Below, in pieces: positions 14,251-28,984 of a stretch of DNA of 64,000 nt. The DNA is taken from NCBI RefSeq assembly GCF_004010195.1, contig NC_057751.1, positions 7,454,446 through 7,518,445 on the forward strand, written 5' to 3'. The notes below the pieces were generated by a model that saw nothing but the letters and a program-made list of their open reading frames with translations, did no database searches and had not been told where the DNA came from. The position numbers were made by a program, and so were the translations under genes. The DNA comes from Chiloscyllium plagiosum. Lineage: Eukaryota. How positions within the stretch are numbered: position 1 is the stretch's first letter; the number at the start of each line of letters is the position of its first letter.

Positions 14251-14312
14251 ATTTCTTGATATGGTACAGGATGTTGGCTTTGCTGATGTCACGCTGTGTC
14301 GTCACCCTCCAG
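14251..14312 (+). CDS. SEMA4C: Semaphorin-4C-like short exon (end of PSI domain)
   Basis: tttcttacag|a...g|gtaaca; FLDMVQDVGFADVTLCRHPP; phase 2 in and phase 1 out bridges the flanking exons exactly. Confidence 0.85.
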
Positions 14313-15226
14313 GTAACACAACTGAGAGACATGGACAGTTTTCAATGGTTTTTCACGATAATGATGACATTAGGCAGATGGACAGGGAAGTTGCATTCAG
14401 TGCGCTCAGAAACAGCCTGAGGAAATGATGCTTTATAAACCTCCATGCAGATGGATGGGGTGGATTTGATGTGCCCTTGTTTCCTCTGCCTGCACTGGCA
14501 GCTCTTTTGGTGTCACTGATTCAGGGAAGCGTGCATGTTTTTGTCTGAAGTTTTGTTCTGATGAGACTTGTGCAGCTACTCTGGCTTAACATCAAGAGCT
14601 TTATTTCTACTTCTGGTCTAGAGCAATTGCATGCTGAGAATCTCAATTGTTGCTCATGTGCACTGCCAAGCTTGTATAATTTGGTTAACTGTATATGTAA
14701 CTAATCTAGTTGACGCTACATTTTTGTCCATTGTAAATACCTGAAATTCAAAGGACCTTTCACACTGGTTGAAGAGTCCTTTGCACTCTGTCTGCTCTTG
14801 TTGCCCTTTTACCTATCTGAATGTTAGGTGTTCAAATACAAGTGGACATGAGGATCAAGTTGTTGATATAATTGTTGACACATGAAATGAGAACTTCATG
14901 TGCTCTCATACGGACATGAAGTGCACCACTGTATCATGATGAAGAGGAGCTTGGGACTTTGCCCTGGTTTTTGTCATGTGCATGTATTGGCTGTCTAAAA
15001 ATCTGTGGGGGATGTGCTCATTAGCAGTTTGTATTTTTAGAATTAGAATTTTTAGAAGTAGCTAATTATCTATTTAAAATGTTTATTTTTAGGGTGCACA
15101 GATAGCACTGAAATGTAAAGCATTTCAGTAAATCCATGTGTACTCATGGAATGACTATCTGAGCCCTGTTGCTGTGACTAAGGTGAGGTTGACTGCTCTG
15201 ATTTTATTCTGATCATGCCCTTGTAG

Positions 15227-16068
15227 GTGTTGTGAAAATCAAGAACCTGACTGTTGTAGCTGGCACTACCATCCTCTTGCCATGCCAACTCATCTCCAAC
15301 CTGGCTGTACCCAAGTGGAAATTTGAAGAGCGAGATCTTGCTGAAGTATCTTACGACAACTATGAAGTTCAGTCCAAATCTCTGTTAATATCAGACATAC
15401 AGATCCAACAAGGTGGCATTTATTTGTGTTTCTCTGTTGAGAAACATGAGCCAGATTTGGTGGGAAAGTACTTGCTCAATGTTGTATCCAATCCTGCCAT
15501 GACCCTGGAAAGCAGAGCGGCAGTGAGCAATTTTGGATTGGTTTGGCTTAGTGTGTTTGTCCTGGGAGTGGTTTGCCTCTGCTTGCTGTGCGCAGTTATC
15601 TACCTGAACCGCAAGCTTAGGGAGCGGCTGGAGAAACCAGAGGTGACCAAGGAAGTAGAGTGTGTTCATGCTTACCCCACAGAGCGTATCCTGCCAAAAG
15701 AGGTTCCCAAGGGTACCAAGTTCATACCTAGTCAGACATCGAACTCTGATGAAAAGCTGTGGGAGTCACCTTCGTATTATTACTCTGATGGCTCCCTGAA
15801 AATTGTACCTGGCCATGCCCTGTGCCAGAATGGGAGCTCACCATCTCACAATGGCACTGCTAATGGAATTCCTGGGCAGCCCCTACCCACGGCTGTCCAG
15901 TCACCCACCCGTCTCAATCTGGCAAACATTCGTGGTGCAAATACAAATGGTTATATCCGGCTGCAGCTAGGAGAGGATGGTGTGGACCCATTCTCTGAAG
16001 AGTTAAGGAAGAAGTTGAAGCAGCGTCAGATGTTGCCTGATGCGAATCCAGAGGAGTCCTCGGTGTGA
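15227..16068 (+). CDS. SEMA4C: Semaphorin-4C-like terminal exon: Ig domain, transmembrane helix, cytoplasmic tail ending ESSV
   Basis: ttgtag|gt; Ig cysteines (LPCQL...GIYLC), hydrophobic TM FGLVWLSVFVLGVVCLCLLCAVIYL, YYYSDGSLKIVPG motif, C-terminal PDZ-binding ESSV, TGA at 16066-16068. Confidence 0.95.
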
Positions 16069-18332
16069 GCAATGGCTGGATTTCCACTTGGCAGAAGGCT
16101 ACCTCATCTTTTGTGTAAATAGGACAAATGATAAACAAACACTGAATTATGGAGTCAATGAAGACTATGTATATACTCTGCAAGATACACACCTGCTTTG
16201 AAAAGATTAACAAATCAGATTGCGTACTGCAGAAGTGCCCAAAACATAATGCATTAACTTAACGCAATGTCTATATACACTGTACTGATCATCTTTGTCA
16301 CCAAACTTGGTGTTAAACCGTGAACAGGATGAGTGACTCCCCAAATGAGGGTCTGTTTGCTGCTTTGTGGTGATTGGTGTGATTCACAGTGGCTGCTGCA
16401 GTATCACGTAAGTTAAATGTAACAACTTGTTGAGGGTTTTGCTGAATTGGCCCCAAATTTAATAGTTTTCACAAAGTGAAAGCATGAAGCTGAAGTTGTG
16501 GTCAAGTCTTCAGCTAGTTTTGCTGTTAATTGGGTCTGGACTGGCTGAGAATTTTTTGAAATGAACTGCCAACAATGGTGAGCTTTTGAGGTTCATAGCA
16601 GTGGTTGTCTGCTTTGTGTCACTGTTGGTGTGAGTACAAGTGAGCTCACCTGGTGTGTGTTCAACTCCCATCCATGGGTTATTTGGGGGGTGGTATTTCG
16701 AATATGTTGTTCTAGTTGCAGTCTTTTTCTCTAATCTGATCACATTGAACTGATGAAGCAGAGTAGGTTAGAAACAGAACTGGAAGTTCTGTTTCCAATT
16801 ATGTGCTTTCTCTGAATCATGAAACAATGTGTTTTGTTGCTTGTGATAACTGTCTGCATTGGTTATGTCTACCCATGTTATGTCGTGTATCCCTGGATTC
16901 TGTTGCATCTTCTTATGGTATGTTCCTCATCTAATTCTGCTCCATTTTTTTCTTAGTTGAATTTAAGAGTGGACCAGAAGCGGCTGCAGTGAAGCTAACA
17001 GATTATTCTTGGTGTTAAAGTTCAAAGATGGGCATTGCGCTGAGTCAAAATCGTCGCAGTGTCAAGACCACAGCATGTGATGCTGAAACAAATGCTTATT
17101 TTCACACCACAAGGTTATTGGTTCTCTTGATTTGGGAATGAAGTGAGTGGTCTGTTAGTGATGTCTTCTGATTATGACCTGCTCAGGGTGCCTTGCTGGG
17201 TGATCTTGTTAAAATGCCCACCAGTTGCTGCTCATTGGTGTCAAGGACAAGTGCAACTTTGATACATGGTTCCAGAATAGAGACAACCTTTTGGCTTTTG
17301 CATCAGTTTCATGAAGAGTTGGCTTGGTTTTTGTCTAAGTGCACACAGAATTTTGGGAACAAATCAACCGCTAAGATTTTAGGTGGTCTCTGTACAAACA
17401 TAGTACAGGATTTGGTTTGAGATGTGTTTGTAACCAAATCAAATGTGGTTTTCAAAGTGCATGTTTGACAGACAGTGAATCATTGGTGTTGAGGTTTCAG
17501 TCAGTGATTAGCAGTTGTCAAATGGTAACGAGTCATGGAGACCTTCATGGGAATTGGATATGTATAGAATGAGGAGCATGCTTCTTTGTTAGATATTGTT
17601 TGCTTATTGTCAGTGGCCAATGCTGAAGTTTGGTGAAGATGTTAGACAAGTGATGCTTTTGAAGAGAATCCTTGATTTCTGGACAAACATCGTGTTTAGA
17701 GGGTGCTCATGGTGGCAGTGTGATCAGAGGTTTAGGATGGTAATGTTAGGATGGATAGCAAGTTCATTGGAGAACCATTGCAGCTGTGTTTTGAGTGCAG
17801 TGTACATACTGTAAATCTGCATATTGTTGTGAAGACACTACGAAGTTTCTGGTCTATGGTTTGAGGTAGTGTTTGGTATACTGATTGGAATGAGGGAAAA
17901 GCATGTGTTCAAGCTTGGTAAGGGAAGAATGCAGTGTGTAGTTCAGAGGGCAGATGTGGGGAGAGTGTGCAACAGTTAATGGCTCCTGGACTTGAAATGT
18001 TATTGGAATAGGTGTATGTTTTACAAATGCAAAGTTAGTTGGTGGAAGAGGAATTCGGTCAGAACCTCTGTGCATTAGGTTCACCCAACTGTTTAATTGG
18101 TGTGTCCAAGAGGGAGGTAAAAAACGGAAGTGCTTCTTCTGCCCTTGTTGGGGGGAGGGAAGCATGAGCAAAGAGTTGTGAATTTTTGTTAGCACATTAT
18201 GCAGGATGTGCTGGCATCTGAAGTTCCTCACTTGTACTTTAAAATGTAAGTTATTGAGCTCAGCATGTAATTTAAGTCTTGTACAGTCTAAAATATTTAA
18301 AATATTTTTATAACAATTTTAAAAGGATTAAA

Positions 18333-18338
18333 AATAAA
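18333..18338 (+). terminator. Probable SEMA4C polyadenylation signal
   Basis: AATAAA after an AT-rich stretch, followed about 20-40 nt later by GT/T-rich ttgttttgtgttgattttt; implies a 3' UTR of about 2.3 kb. Confidence 0.6.
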
Positions 18339-19373
18339 TGATACACTGTATCCAATAATTGTTTTGTGTTGATTTTTACTGTGAAATGGTTGCTTTTTGA
18401 TATAATTTGGCTGGATTGTATTTCACTTTCCATTTGACACAATGGTGAGGCCATCAAGGACATCTACCCTACTCCTCCCAGGTAGTGTTGAATAGAAATA
18501 GCCCTCAAATGAGAGCATAATTTGTTGTCGTGGGTGGGCAGAGAAGATCCTCTTGTCATGTTTTGTGGAAATCATGAGTTTTCCCAGCACCTTCATTCAC
18601 ATTGCATCCTGAAGAAGGCATGTTAAGTTTCAAATCACTATTTCAGAAATGCGACTTGTAATGCAGATTAGAATCAAGGATTATTGCAGTCCTGTCTGTT
18701 CAGTTCTTAAGACAAGGTGTCAGTTTCACTGTGATACTGCTGAAATGATGTTCATGTCAGCTCAAACTTTTGACTTGAGCAATGAGTACAGCTTATTGGG
18801 GATGTTAGCTTGTGATCTTGGAGCGGTGGATCTGACTGGTTTGAGATGGGGCCAAGAGTAAACTGAATTGTGATCACAGTGAGAGAATGACAGTTTGTCA
18901 TATTGTTGAAGTCTCAGGTGTAGACTGGGTCAGTGGAATTTGCCTCTCTGTGTTTGGACTTACATATGCACTATGTCTGGTCCTCTTGGGTGGTAAAAGT
19001 GAGCCAATAAATATTGACGGTTTATAAATTACACTTCAGCCTTCATTTCAGACAGACTGCAATGTCCTCACAGGATTTGAAATCACTATCTGGGATGAGT
19101 CAACATGGAGAGGGATTGTGAACTCATATTTAGATTTGAGCATTGTCTTGTCTGTTTCCCCTAATAATTGTTGTGTTGTTGCCCATGCTGCCACAAATAA
19201 ATTTTGACTATCACTGGATTTGTCGGGTAATACAAATGAGGAAGGGGTGTCTAAATGTGGACCCTTCAGCCTCAGTAACAATCCTGAGGTCTTCAGGATT
19301 AATGCTGTGCTGTTGTAACTGTGCTAGAATGTGAGTTACAGACTGGAGAGTGTATCTGGTAAATGTTGACAAT

Positions 19374-19449
19374 GATTTGAAGATGCTGATGTTGGACTGG
19401 GGTGTACAAAGTGAAAAAGTATACCATCCCAGGTTGAATTGGAAGCACA
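19374..19449. mobile_element. Penelope-like family B fragment
   Basis: gatttgaagatgctgatgttggactggggtgtacaaagt matches the reverse complement of 35140-35179. Confidence 0.6.
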
Positions 19450-20550
19450 ATTGCAAGATAGATATAGTATGGATAGCAAACATTCAATGAAATTACTTTG
19501 GAATGATTCTTTTCCAGGATATCATACTTTATGTATGTTGTCCACATGTAAATCAAAAGTTGCATTCTCAGATCAGTTGCAACAATGTGTTCTGTAATGT
19601 AGAAAGTGAATTAGTCTTTCCTTCAGTTTGTACAAAAGGACCACCAAATGGGTGCATAACACTGTTGACTCCCTCTCCCTTTTCATGATAAAAGGGACCT
19701 TACAGTACACATGGAACAAGTTTGAAAACTTTAGCAGGGAGCCTGCAATCATATCAGGCATATCATTGTGCAACATACTATGCCAGGAGACAGAACTTCA
19801 TGGTCTTTTGATATGATATTTAAGACGAGAAACAGCATACATTGGAGGTGGCCAAGTATGATAATCTCACGAAATAAGAGTCAAGCACCTGATTTGGTTG
19901 ATGTCATAAGTCGGATTGAGTATCTTCACTGGTTCTGCTAGCAGAGGGTTCTTTAAACAACACTCTGGTATTCATTACATTGATTCAAGTCCCTTGCAGA
20001 AGTAGCAGAGTGATTCACAAACCCTCATTGTCATCATCTGATTTCAAATATCCACTAGGAGGTTGTTATCAAGACAAAGCTGAAAAACACAGTGAAACAA
20101 TTGACATTCAAGAACAGTCAACTCACATATGTTACATTCCTCCACATCAGGATGGCACAAAATCATACTGTGTTTGCTCCATAGCAATAGCCATTTTGTA
20201 ATTCCATTGTGATCATGAAAGAAAATGATATGGTAACTTGAGACAAGAACAAAACATAATTTTTCCCAAAGACATATGGGGCTTACAGTTCCTCAGTTTA
20301 ACGTCTTCATCATTCACAACAGTGCCACCCAGAAGTATCAATGAACTCTTAATGCACAGTGTGAAGGTCCAGATATACAAACCAACAGGCTTTGGAATAA
20401 AACGTGGACACCAGTGATTAATTTACTTTTTAAAATTTTGTTTATTCACTAAGGGATGTTTGCAACATTCTGAATCACTTGAACCATTTCTAACAATCCT
20501 TTAAGTTACAACACTTGATAATCGTATCCATCAAGCTTTTCAATTTGCTG

Positions 20551-20798
20551 ATTAGATTAGATTACTTACAGTGTGGATACCGACCCACCGAAGTGCAACT
20601 CACCCAGACCCCTTTTTACCTAACACTACGGGCAATTTAGCATGGCCAATTCACCTGCACATCTTTGGAATGTGGGAGGAAACCCACGCCGACACAGGGA
20701 GAATGTGCAAACTCCACACAGTCAGTCACCTGAGTTGGGAATTGAACCCGGGTCTCTGGCGCTGTGAGGCAGCAGTGCTAACCCCTGTGCCACCCCAC
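20551..20798 (-). mobile_element. HE1-like SINE with internal deletions
   Basis: (AATCT)n tail and tRNA head as in 617-937. Confidence 0.85.
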
Positions 20799-21756
20799 GA
20801 TATTAACTAATATTCTGAAATTAAGAAATGAAACATGATGAACAATTGCATCAAGGTTGGCCTCCATAAGAACTGAGGAGCAGGAGCAACCGATAAATTG
20901 CTCAAGCCTATTCTACAACTGATGACCATTCACAGTCAGTGACTTACCTGCACTATCCACAAATCCCTTCATGTCATGATTATCATCAACATGTCACATG
21001 AAGACCTTCTGGCAAAGTCAATAATTCACTACCCTCTGCGCATATTGAAGTCTGATTGATTTTTTTCTGCCTATTCTAAGATGACCACAAAACCCAGTGT
21101 GCAAATAAAATATTGGGATGGAACAAACTGCAGGGTAAAATCAAGTACATACAACTCACTCCCACTTTCTTCTGAGTCACAATGTAGCATCTTCCACACC
21201 GACCTCAGTGGACAGACACAGATCGACTTTGCACTCTTTCAATAAAACAGCACATAATTTGGTTAAAGCATGTCACACCAATGAGACAAGGCTGATACTT
21301 AAATCAACACCTGCATATACGCACCAACTGAACCTCTGATACAAGGTCATTTCACTCACAGTTAACCTGATGTTACCCACACATGCTCACCTTGGCAATT
21401 ATTGTTTTTTTAAACAAGATTTCAAGCATCAGCACATTTGGCTCTGCTAACATTGAAATCCATTTGTAAAGTACCTTGAAAATGTGATTACAAACAGTAC
21501 ACAAAGCAAAAAATAAACTGTTCATGAATCTAAACTCAGACATATCCATGATCTTTTGTTCAGAACCCACTCAATCAGTAACAACATTAATAAATTTTAC
21601 TCACATCAAACCCCAGAAGGGTGTTGCTCAGTTAAACCCTGTAAAAAAAAGAACACTCTTGGCTGGTTTGCTCATTGAACAACTATTCCAAGTACAGGAT
21701 ACAACAAATGCAGTATCCAGTATTACACGAATATTTGAAGCATGCTTTAACTCCAA

Positions 21757-21936
21757 CTAGGAGAAAGTGAGGAAAGCAGTTGCTGGAAAAGCGCAACAGG
21801 TCAGGCAGCATCCAAGGGGCAGGAGAATCAACGTTTCGGGCATGAGCCCGATATGGTTTCCTGAAGAAGGGCTCATTCCCAAAACGTCGATTCTCCTGCT
21901 CCTTGCATACTGCCTGACCTGCTGCACTGTTTCAGC
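21757..21936. mobile_element. Penelope-like family A foldback element
   Basis: Imperfect inverted arms about 21781-21849 and 21869-21936; hammerhead-like core at 21861-21888. Confidence 0.75.
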
Positions 21937-24717
21937 TTTAACTCCAACTAGACAATGACAAAGTGCAGCCCAGGCCACAAACACCACCAAGTCAAAAACA
22001 GTATTGACAAATAAATGGCACAAAGTTGCTGTGAGTTTCATCATGAAACCTGCAATTTAAACAAGAGCACAAGTACAAAATCAAAAGTACAAAAGCAAAT
22101 GTTGAGGTGTTTTTAAGTACACATTCACAATACATTCAAGGTAAATCAGTTATTTGGTTTATATGCCAAATATCTGACACTGACCAGTTCCTTGTCCAGA
22201 ATAAGCTTAAGTAACAAATACAGACATACAAAAAAAGAGGGAAGAAATGTCAAGCAAGCTGAGCACCAGTTCAACATTTAAATACACATTGACAACACAG
22301 TCCAGACTTATAAACTATTTGACTTCCCTGTCAAACCTCATTTGGAATGTTTCAACATGCAATGCACAACAGCTCATCTCGGCCAAACAGTAATAAGCAG
22401 CTGCAAACATCTCAACCAGTTCACAAAAAGAAATGTTATGGACACTCCCAATGGTCTGAGGAGTCCAAATAAGGAGTTTGGCAGGACTGGAGCCACTTCA
22501 GCATTCATCACTGAAAAAGGAGATATACCTCTGTCCTAAGTGCCTGATGGCAAATTTATTCTTTAATAATCTTCAGTGGCACAGATAAGGTGCTTTGCAT
22601 CCAGTATGCAATGTCAAAACTTAAGAGCTCAACTGTCAAGTAGTACCAAAGATTTACAAAGGACCTGACAGGCAACCTTCCCTTCTGTGCAATGACTTGC
22701 CAAATGAAGTGGTACATGTAGTTTACATGAACAATTGAAACATATGGTGGGCAGGTACATGCAGAGGCAAAATTTACAGCTATGTGGGCCAAGCACAAAT
22801 GCTATCACCTCACTTTGGGAAACCTGGTCAACATGGACAACTTGAACCAAAGGATCTCTGCCTGCACTGCATGACTATGATTATGTCAAATACAAGCAGT
22901 TTCTAAAACACAAAGATACAACAATGTGAAAACCTTAGCTCTGGCTTTCCAAAGAACCACTGCAATCTATCTTCAGTCTCTGTTGGATCAAGGTTGTCAA
23001 CTCCAATAAAACTACATACATTCAATACAGCAACACTCCATAGTGTTGAGCCATATAATTTCCACAGCAATGAGGAAAATGACAATGCTATGAGCACACC
23101 TAATGTGAAGTTTCAGCACAGGCTATGTGTAGTTGGCAAGTTAGTGCAACACATTATTTTCCACGATCTCAAACCTTTGGGATTTAAGTATTGGCATTCC
23201 CAAGTTCTCTCTTCCCATTAGAACTGCTAAGTTTTGAACACTGGGAATTGATCTTGCACAATTACATGACTCAATTTTACTTACCCCTAAGAATGGAATC
23301 AAAGTTACTATAGTGATTTGCTCAGCTTTGACCAACAAACTCTTAACTTTCATCACTATGTGCACACATCAATTGGGTAATGGTGCCTGATTAGCAAAGC
23401 ACAAATTTAACTTGTTACATTTGGTGCTGCAAGAAATAACTTGACTTTTTCATCCAAAGTGAAACAGTGAGTTGTTCAGTAATCACTTAAATAAATTGAT
23501 TTCACACTATTCTGAGGCTACATTTGATACTTCAGGAAAAGTAAATGACAGCAAGTGCCAACCAAGATGCACATCTACAGCTTTGGCACTTGCTTTAATT
23601 GACAGTTTTGTCACTGAATTTAGAAAACAAAGCCTGCTGGAGAACTCTCAGTTCTAAAATCCTGCAAGCAAGCCAGATCCCCCTCACTACTTCAGGGGAA
23701 CAAACAAACATGAAGACCTTGTAAAACAAAAGCTAATACAAGTCACAACTAGGCCTAATTGCATTAGATAAGGATCACCCCAGTCAACTCCATGACCGAA
23801 CCAGATAAAACAAGTCATCACATTTCATTTTGAGGACTGAATTTCTTAATTGACTGATGCTGGTCTTGGCTGCTTAAATTTTCCATGTACCATATTCCTT
23901 CAAAGCTGCCTGTCTGATCTATCATTTTCACCCCATTTGTGATTGAACACATATTTGAGGTTCAACAGTGTTTCACTGAAGGCTCAGTACAAGTATCTTG
24001 GATTCCTTGTCCATTGACAAAAGCTTATGTGAACTTCTTTTATTGTATAAGTTAAAGGTTGGCAGCAGCCAACTGCCATTTTCAGATTTGTCACGAATTG
24101 TCATTAGAGCTCAATGGCCAAGGCACTCCGTATATGCATTGTTACAAACTGGAAGCAGCCATCATTACACTGTAGTTTGGTTCATTTCCATGACCTGACA
24201 AAGGCTCAAAACATCGAATTAGCAAAGGAATTGAAGATGATTATTTGGTCCAAAACTTCAACATACTAATTATCACAAGATGTGCATTTGGGAGAGATAA
24301 GACAAAGACCAGGTCTCCATAGTCATCAGAAGGAGTTCCAATTGAATAAGAGTTCAAGCAGCTTGAGCAAGTTAAAGAATTGAGGAAGCTTGACATAAGA
24401 GTTGGAAAGACAAATGAAATTTAAAACAGGTGAGTGGAATGATGAATGATAAGACAACTATATACTGTAAAGGCTGCAGTTTAAATAACAGGTCTCATAT
24501 TGAAGGTGGTTCTGATGAAAAAATACCAATTATAATTTCATGTCTTATAAGAAAACATTCACAGACAATTTCACATTTTGTTTACCTGTTAGAAGGTAGC
24601 AAAACAAATGAAACAACAAAAGGAATAATTGAGCAGAGTAGCCTCATAGACACAACACTTGAAATTTATGCCCTGAAGAAGAGGAAGTTTCTACAGATTA
24701 GGATATGAAAAAAATAA

Positions 24718-24874
24718 CAGAGGAACGTTGATTATGCAAAGGACACAGGCAGCGAGTAGTTCATTCACGTAATCAAATGCCAGATAACAGTTAGCAAAGC
24801 AATAGGACATTGCAATGCTGTTCAGATGATCCAAAAATCAGTTAACTGATAGCCAGTTAATCAAGGTTCCTCTA
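24718..24874. mobile_element. Short non-autonomous DNA transposon (Tc1/mariner-Tigger-like MITE)
   Basis: 17-bp TIRs cagaggaacgttgatta / taatcaaggttcctcta (15/17 match) in a TA context. Confidence 0.6.
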
Positions 24875-26140
24875 TATATGGTGCAGGAGCGAGATCCTGA
24901 AAAATGATGCCAATAAGTTTAAGATTTGAAGTAATTGAAATGGAATGATTAAATCCATGTTATTTTGACTGGTGGATATGAGAACTGAGCACAAGTGCTA
25001 CTCGGAGATCATCCTCCAAGAACAAATTAATTTCATCCCTTCAGTCTTCACACAATGCTGAACATCAGACAGCTTCAACTATCTAACAGGAAATCACAGT
25101 AACAGATGATGATTACTTGATGGATAAAAGTGAATTTTTCTCCAATAACCTTCCTAAAGCTGTAAACAATAGAATGTAGCCAGGTGAAAGTTAATCAAGT
25201 TCCGACAGTAAAGAGGGGACCACTGGAAAGTCCACAACGTCTCCTTCCAAGAACACAAATGCAGGTGTTAAGTCAGGTCAACTATTTCCAATTTGACAAA
25301 TTATTCAGACTGCTTGAAGTTTGCTTGGAAGCCCATGGGACTTTCAGACAGTCATAAAATAGAAGGAAAACAAAAGAGACTCAGAATGATTATATGACAG
25401 ATCAAGTCAGACCTTCAACCACAACACAACAGCCAAATATCACTAAGATAGCAGAATGGGTGTGAATGAGGAGCATGAAACTTAAAAAAGGCTGTCGGTC
25501 AAAAGGCAAAGCTTTCTTTAAATGATAAAACTCAATTAAAACAAATAATAAAAGATATAGGCATTCCTACAAGTCTGTCTGTAGCTAGACACAGTTTTCT
25601 TTTTCTCCAGACTGCCATCAAAACCCAACTGCAAACAATACATTAGCTGGAAAGTATATCTCAACCCCTGTTACAGGGAGCAGAGTGTGGCATGTTATCC
25701 AAAACTGCGGTAATAGGATTTGTTAAGAAATTGCCACATAAAGAATGCAAGTATTTTTGTGATATTTGGCACTCAGGCCAATGACTAAACAAACTCATGT
25801 CACAACCCACAAGATGTTCAAGTGGCCAAAACTTCCCTCAAGGATACAGATGATTAAAGACAAGAGTTTCACATTTTTTCTTTAACTCAGGCTGAGGAAC
25901 TAGATCAAGATTTACCCAACATAAAATGAGAAGTACAAAACTTCAGATGCAAGACTGCTTCAGCTGACTGTCAATTCCAGTTTGAAACAGAGATACACAA
26001 TATTGAGTCGAACCAAAATAAAAGTCTTATCATACCCAATTGTGAATTAATTTAGATTTAAGGGGGGTATACCTTAAAATTACAAATTCATATTTACTAA
26101 TTTATTTTATCACTTGTCAAAAGGTAAGTTGGGTCCAACA

Positions 26141-26462
26141 GGGGCAGCATGGTGGCTCAATCATGAGCACAGCTGCCTCACTGTGCCAGGGACGCAGGTT
26201 CAATTCCAATCTTGGGCACCTGTCTGCATGGAGTTGGCACATTATCCCAGTGACAGTGGGTTTTTTCCCCACAGTCCAAACATAGGCAGGTTAGGGGATT
26301 TGGTCATGATTAATTGCCCATTGTGCTCAGGGCACTGTATGTTAGATACATTAGTCAGGGGGAATGTAGCATAATAGGGGAATGGGTCTGGATGGGTTAC
26401 TCCTTTGACAGTCCGACTTGCTGGGCCAAAGGGCCTGTTTGCATACTGTTGGACGTCTAATT
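26141..26462 (+). mobile_element. HE1-like SINE, diverged
   Basis: tRNA head ggcagcatggtggctc...ggttcaattcc and LINE-like tail. Confidence 0.8.
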
Positions 26463-28814
26463 CAATTTTTCATTTTCTTGCTCAGTGATGAAAGCAGTTT
26501 TTTTGATCTTAGATAGTGGTCAATACAGCTTTAACCATCCCAGTGATTAACTTGGTCAGACTTGAAAGTTGTGCCTACTCACGGAATTGTAGATTCCATT
26601 TCTTGGCATCTCATCACTGTTGTAACAAAGCCAAATGGCAACTTCCCAAATTGAGGCTTCATTCTAAACAACCACAATTTGGGGGCAAGCAAATGGTCTA
26701 ACACATCAACCTGTTCAGCTGAAACCATCTCAGCATTCACCATTCCTGTCTCTGCCTTCTGTGAAGGCAACCATATTTCTTCAATGTTTACAATGTTGGC
26801 ATCTCTGTCAGAATGACCATTTCCCGACTAGCCCTCATTACTGTAAATTTAATAGTGACCTGTCATCTTGAAGCATGGCACTGCAGACAGCTCAAGTATT
26901 AGAAACTTACAGATGGTGGTCTTACCATGCATTTGCATGCTATACCCTCCAAGGAGGGAGAGATTGTAGATTGGGAAGGTACAATCAAAGAAGGGGTTTA
27001 TGAGCTACTGCACCCCATCGGATATGTGACAGACACTGGTATCACTATGTTTCAGCATCACAGACAGTGAATACAAGTGTGGATAGACTTTAAAATCAAG
27101 CCCACTACATTGCTTTCAACCATACAGATTTGACCTTGTCCAGCTGAACTACTTGCAAGATGTGCATATATATCTATGAAATTGTTAATGTCATCTTTCA
27201 TAACCATCCTGTTTATGAATCCTTGTAAGTTTAAACAAGTATACATGCACAACAAATATATTTGTAAAAGAGCAAATAAGAACTTGTTTTGCCAATTGAT
27301 TAAGGTTTGTTGTGACAAACTGTTCCAATTTTTTCATCCTATTCCAAAAGTGTGAGATCACGTGCCTGACAGGCATTTTTCTCTCCTCCTAAACATCCAT
27401 GGTAGTTTTCATCCATTATTTACCAGCAATGATTCCCCAGTGTTTCCAAGTATTTACTTTATATGCAGAGTCTTTGACTAGATAACACCATAGCTAAAAT
27501 CAAAGTCAGGAGAGGATAATTTCAAAATGGGTGCAACTTCAAACAGGACCCAACCAGTTCATCAACAGTAAAGAGTATCTATAAGCACATGCTCCCTCAC
27601 CAATGACACTACAGCATACATGCAGCCTCAGCAGAGGGACATGCAATCAGCATTTGGGACCTGATCAACTAGCCAAAATATTCCACCATTCCCTTATAAA
27701 TTGATAAAATGGAGTGAGATTTCTTGGATGATATTAAACAATAGCATTCAAGATTCTCTTCATTAAATTGCTTATGCTTCATTTTTATGGCCACTCATGG
27801 AATTGTGTTAGAGCTGCACTGAAACAGCAAAGCAGAATCTATTCCCTCAAATCCTGCCTTGATAGTTACCAAACACAAAACATCATTTACACAACAGATG
27901 AGCTGGTCAGCTCAAAAGGCCTAGCCTGACTATGTACCACAGTATGTACCAGAGAATTTACAGGACTGGTCCACTTCAATTTGGTTAGTGGTAATGCACA
28001 GATATTGCAGGTTTTCCTTTCAAGGTCAAAAGAAACTGTGGCATTTATATTACAGTTCAGTCATTCATTTCCACCCTCAGGACCATTTTGATTTTACACT
28101 CCTCAGTTATGCAAGGAGTCACGATTGTTCCTGTACTGTGTGGCATCACAAGCCATTATTTATGATTCTAAGTTGCTCAATGAATAAAAACAAAAGGTGC
28201 TTTAAGTAGCTGATGATCATGGCACAAGACTGCTACACAACAACTAAAACTGGTCAAGTCAAAGACATATTGCATTGCAAAATGAAGGACATGAAATTGC
28301 TACTGCCTTGAGCTTCAGGTATATAGCTTGGACTCCCTCATCCTTCATCACAACATTCATGCTAATTTCTGTTAAAAATTTCAATTATGTTTGATGCTGT
28401 TTTGATCGTTTTTGTCACAAAATACCACTTGTTTGCATTCAAGACCACATTGCAACCTCATTCTTGGTTTGTCACATTTTATCTGCCAAGTACAGGGCAA
28501 TGGCTGCATGCTAAAACAAAATCTAACCAACATATGGGTTTACAAGGAAAGGACATAAATACCCTTTTCTCAAGGACACTAAGTCCATTCTCAACATATA
28601 TCACTGTGCTAACAGTATAGTAGATCTGTCTTACCCAGAGAAAAAAAAGACTCCAACTATATCAGACGGATGCTTAACTAAGGTTGTGGGACTAGTCTCC
28701 CAAGTGTGCCACAGCTATCGCCAGACAGGAGGAAGAAAAACTTTACACATTTGACAGGACTGAGCACAGCCAGTTTACTTTCCCATGCTGAGGTCAATGC
28801 TACCAACACTTGAA

Positions 28815-28984
28815 TTTTAGATTACATTCCCTACAGTGTAGATACAGGCCCTTCTGCCCAATAAGTCCACACCGACCCATTTCCCTCTGACTAATGCACT
28901 AAACATGATAGGCAATTTGGTATGGCTAATTCACCTGACCTGCACATCTTTGCACTGTGGGAGGAAACCTATGCAGACACAGGG
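28815..28984 (-). mobile_element. 5'-truncated HE1-like SINE
   Basis: 3' half matching the other copies. Confidence 0.75.

Noticed and set aside
15232..16068. 278-aa ORF as a stand-alone single-exon gene
   Set aside because: It starts at a GTG just after a splice acceptor and is the terminal exon of the semaphorin gene.
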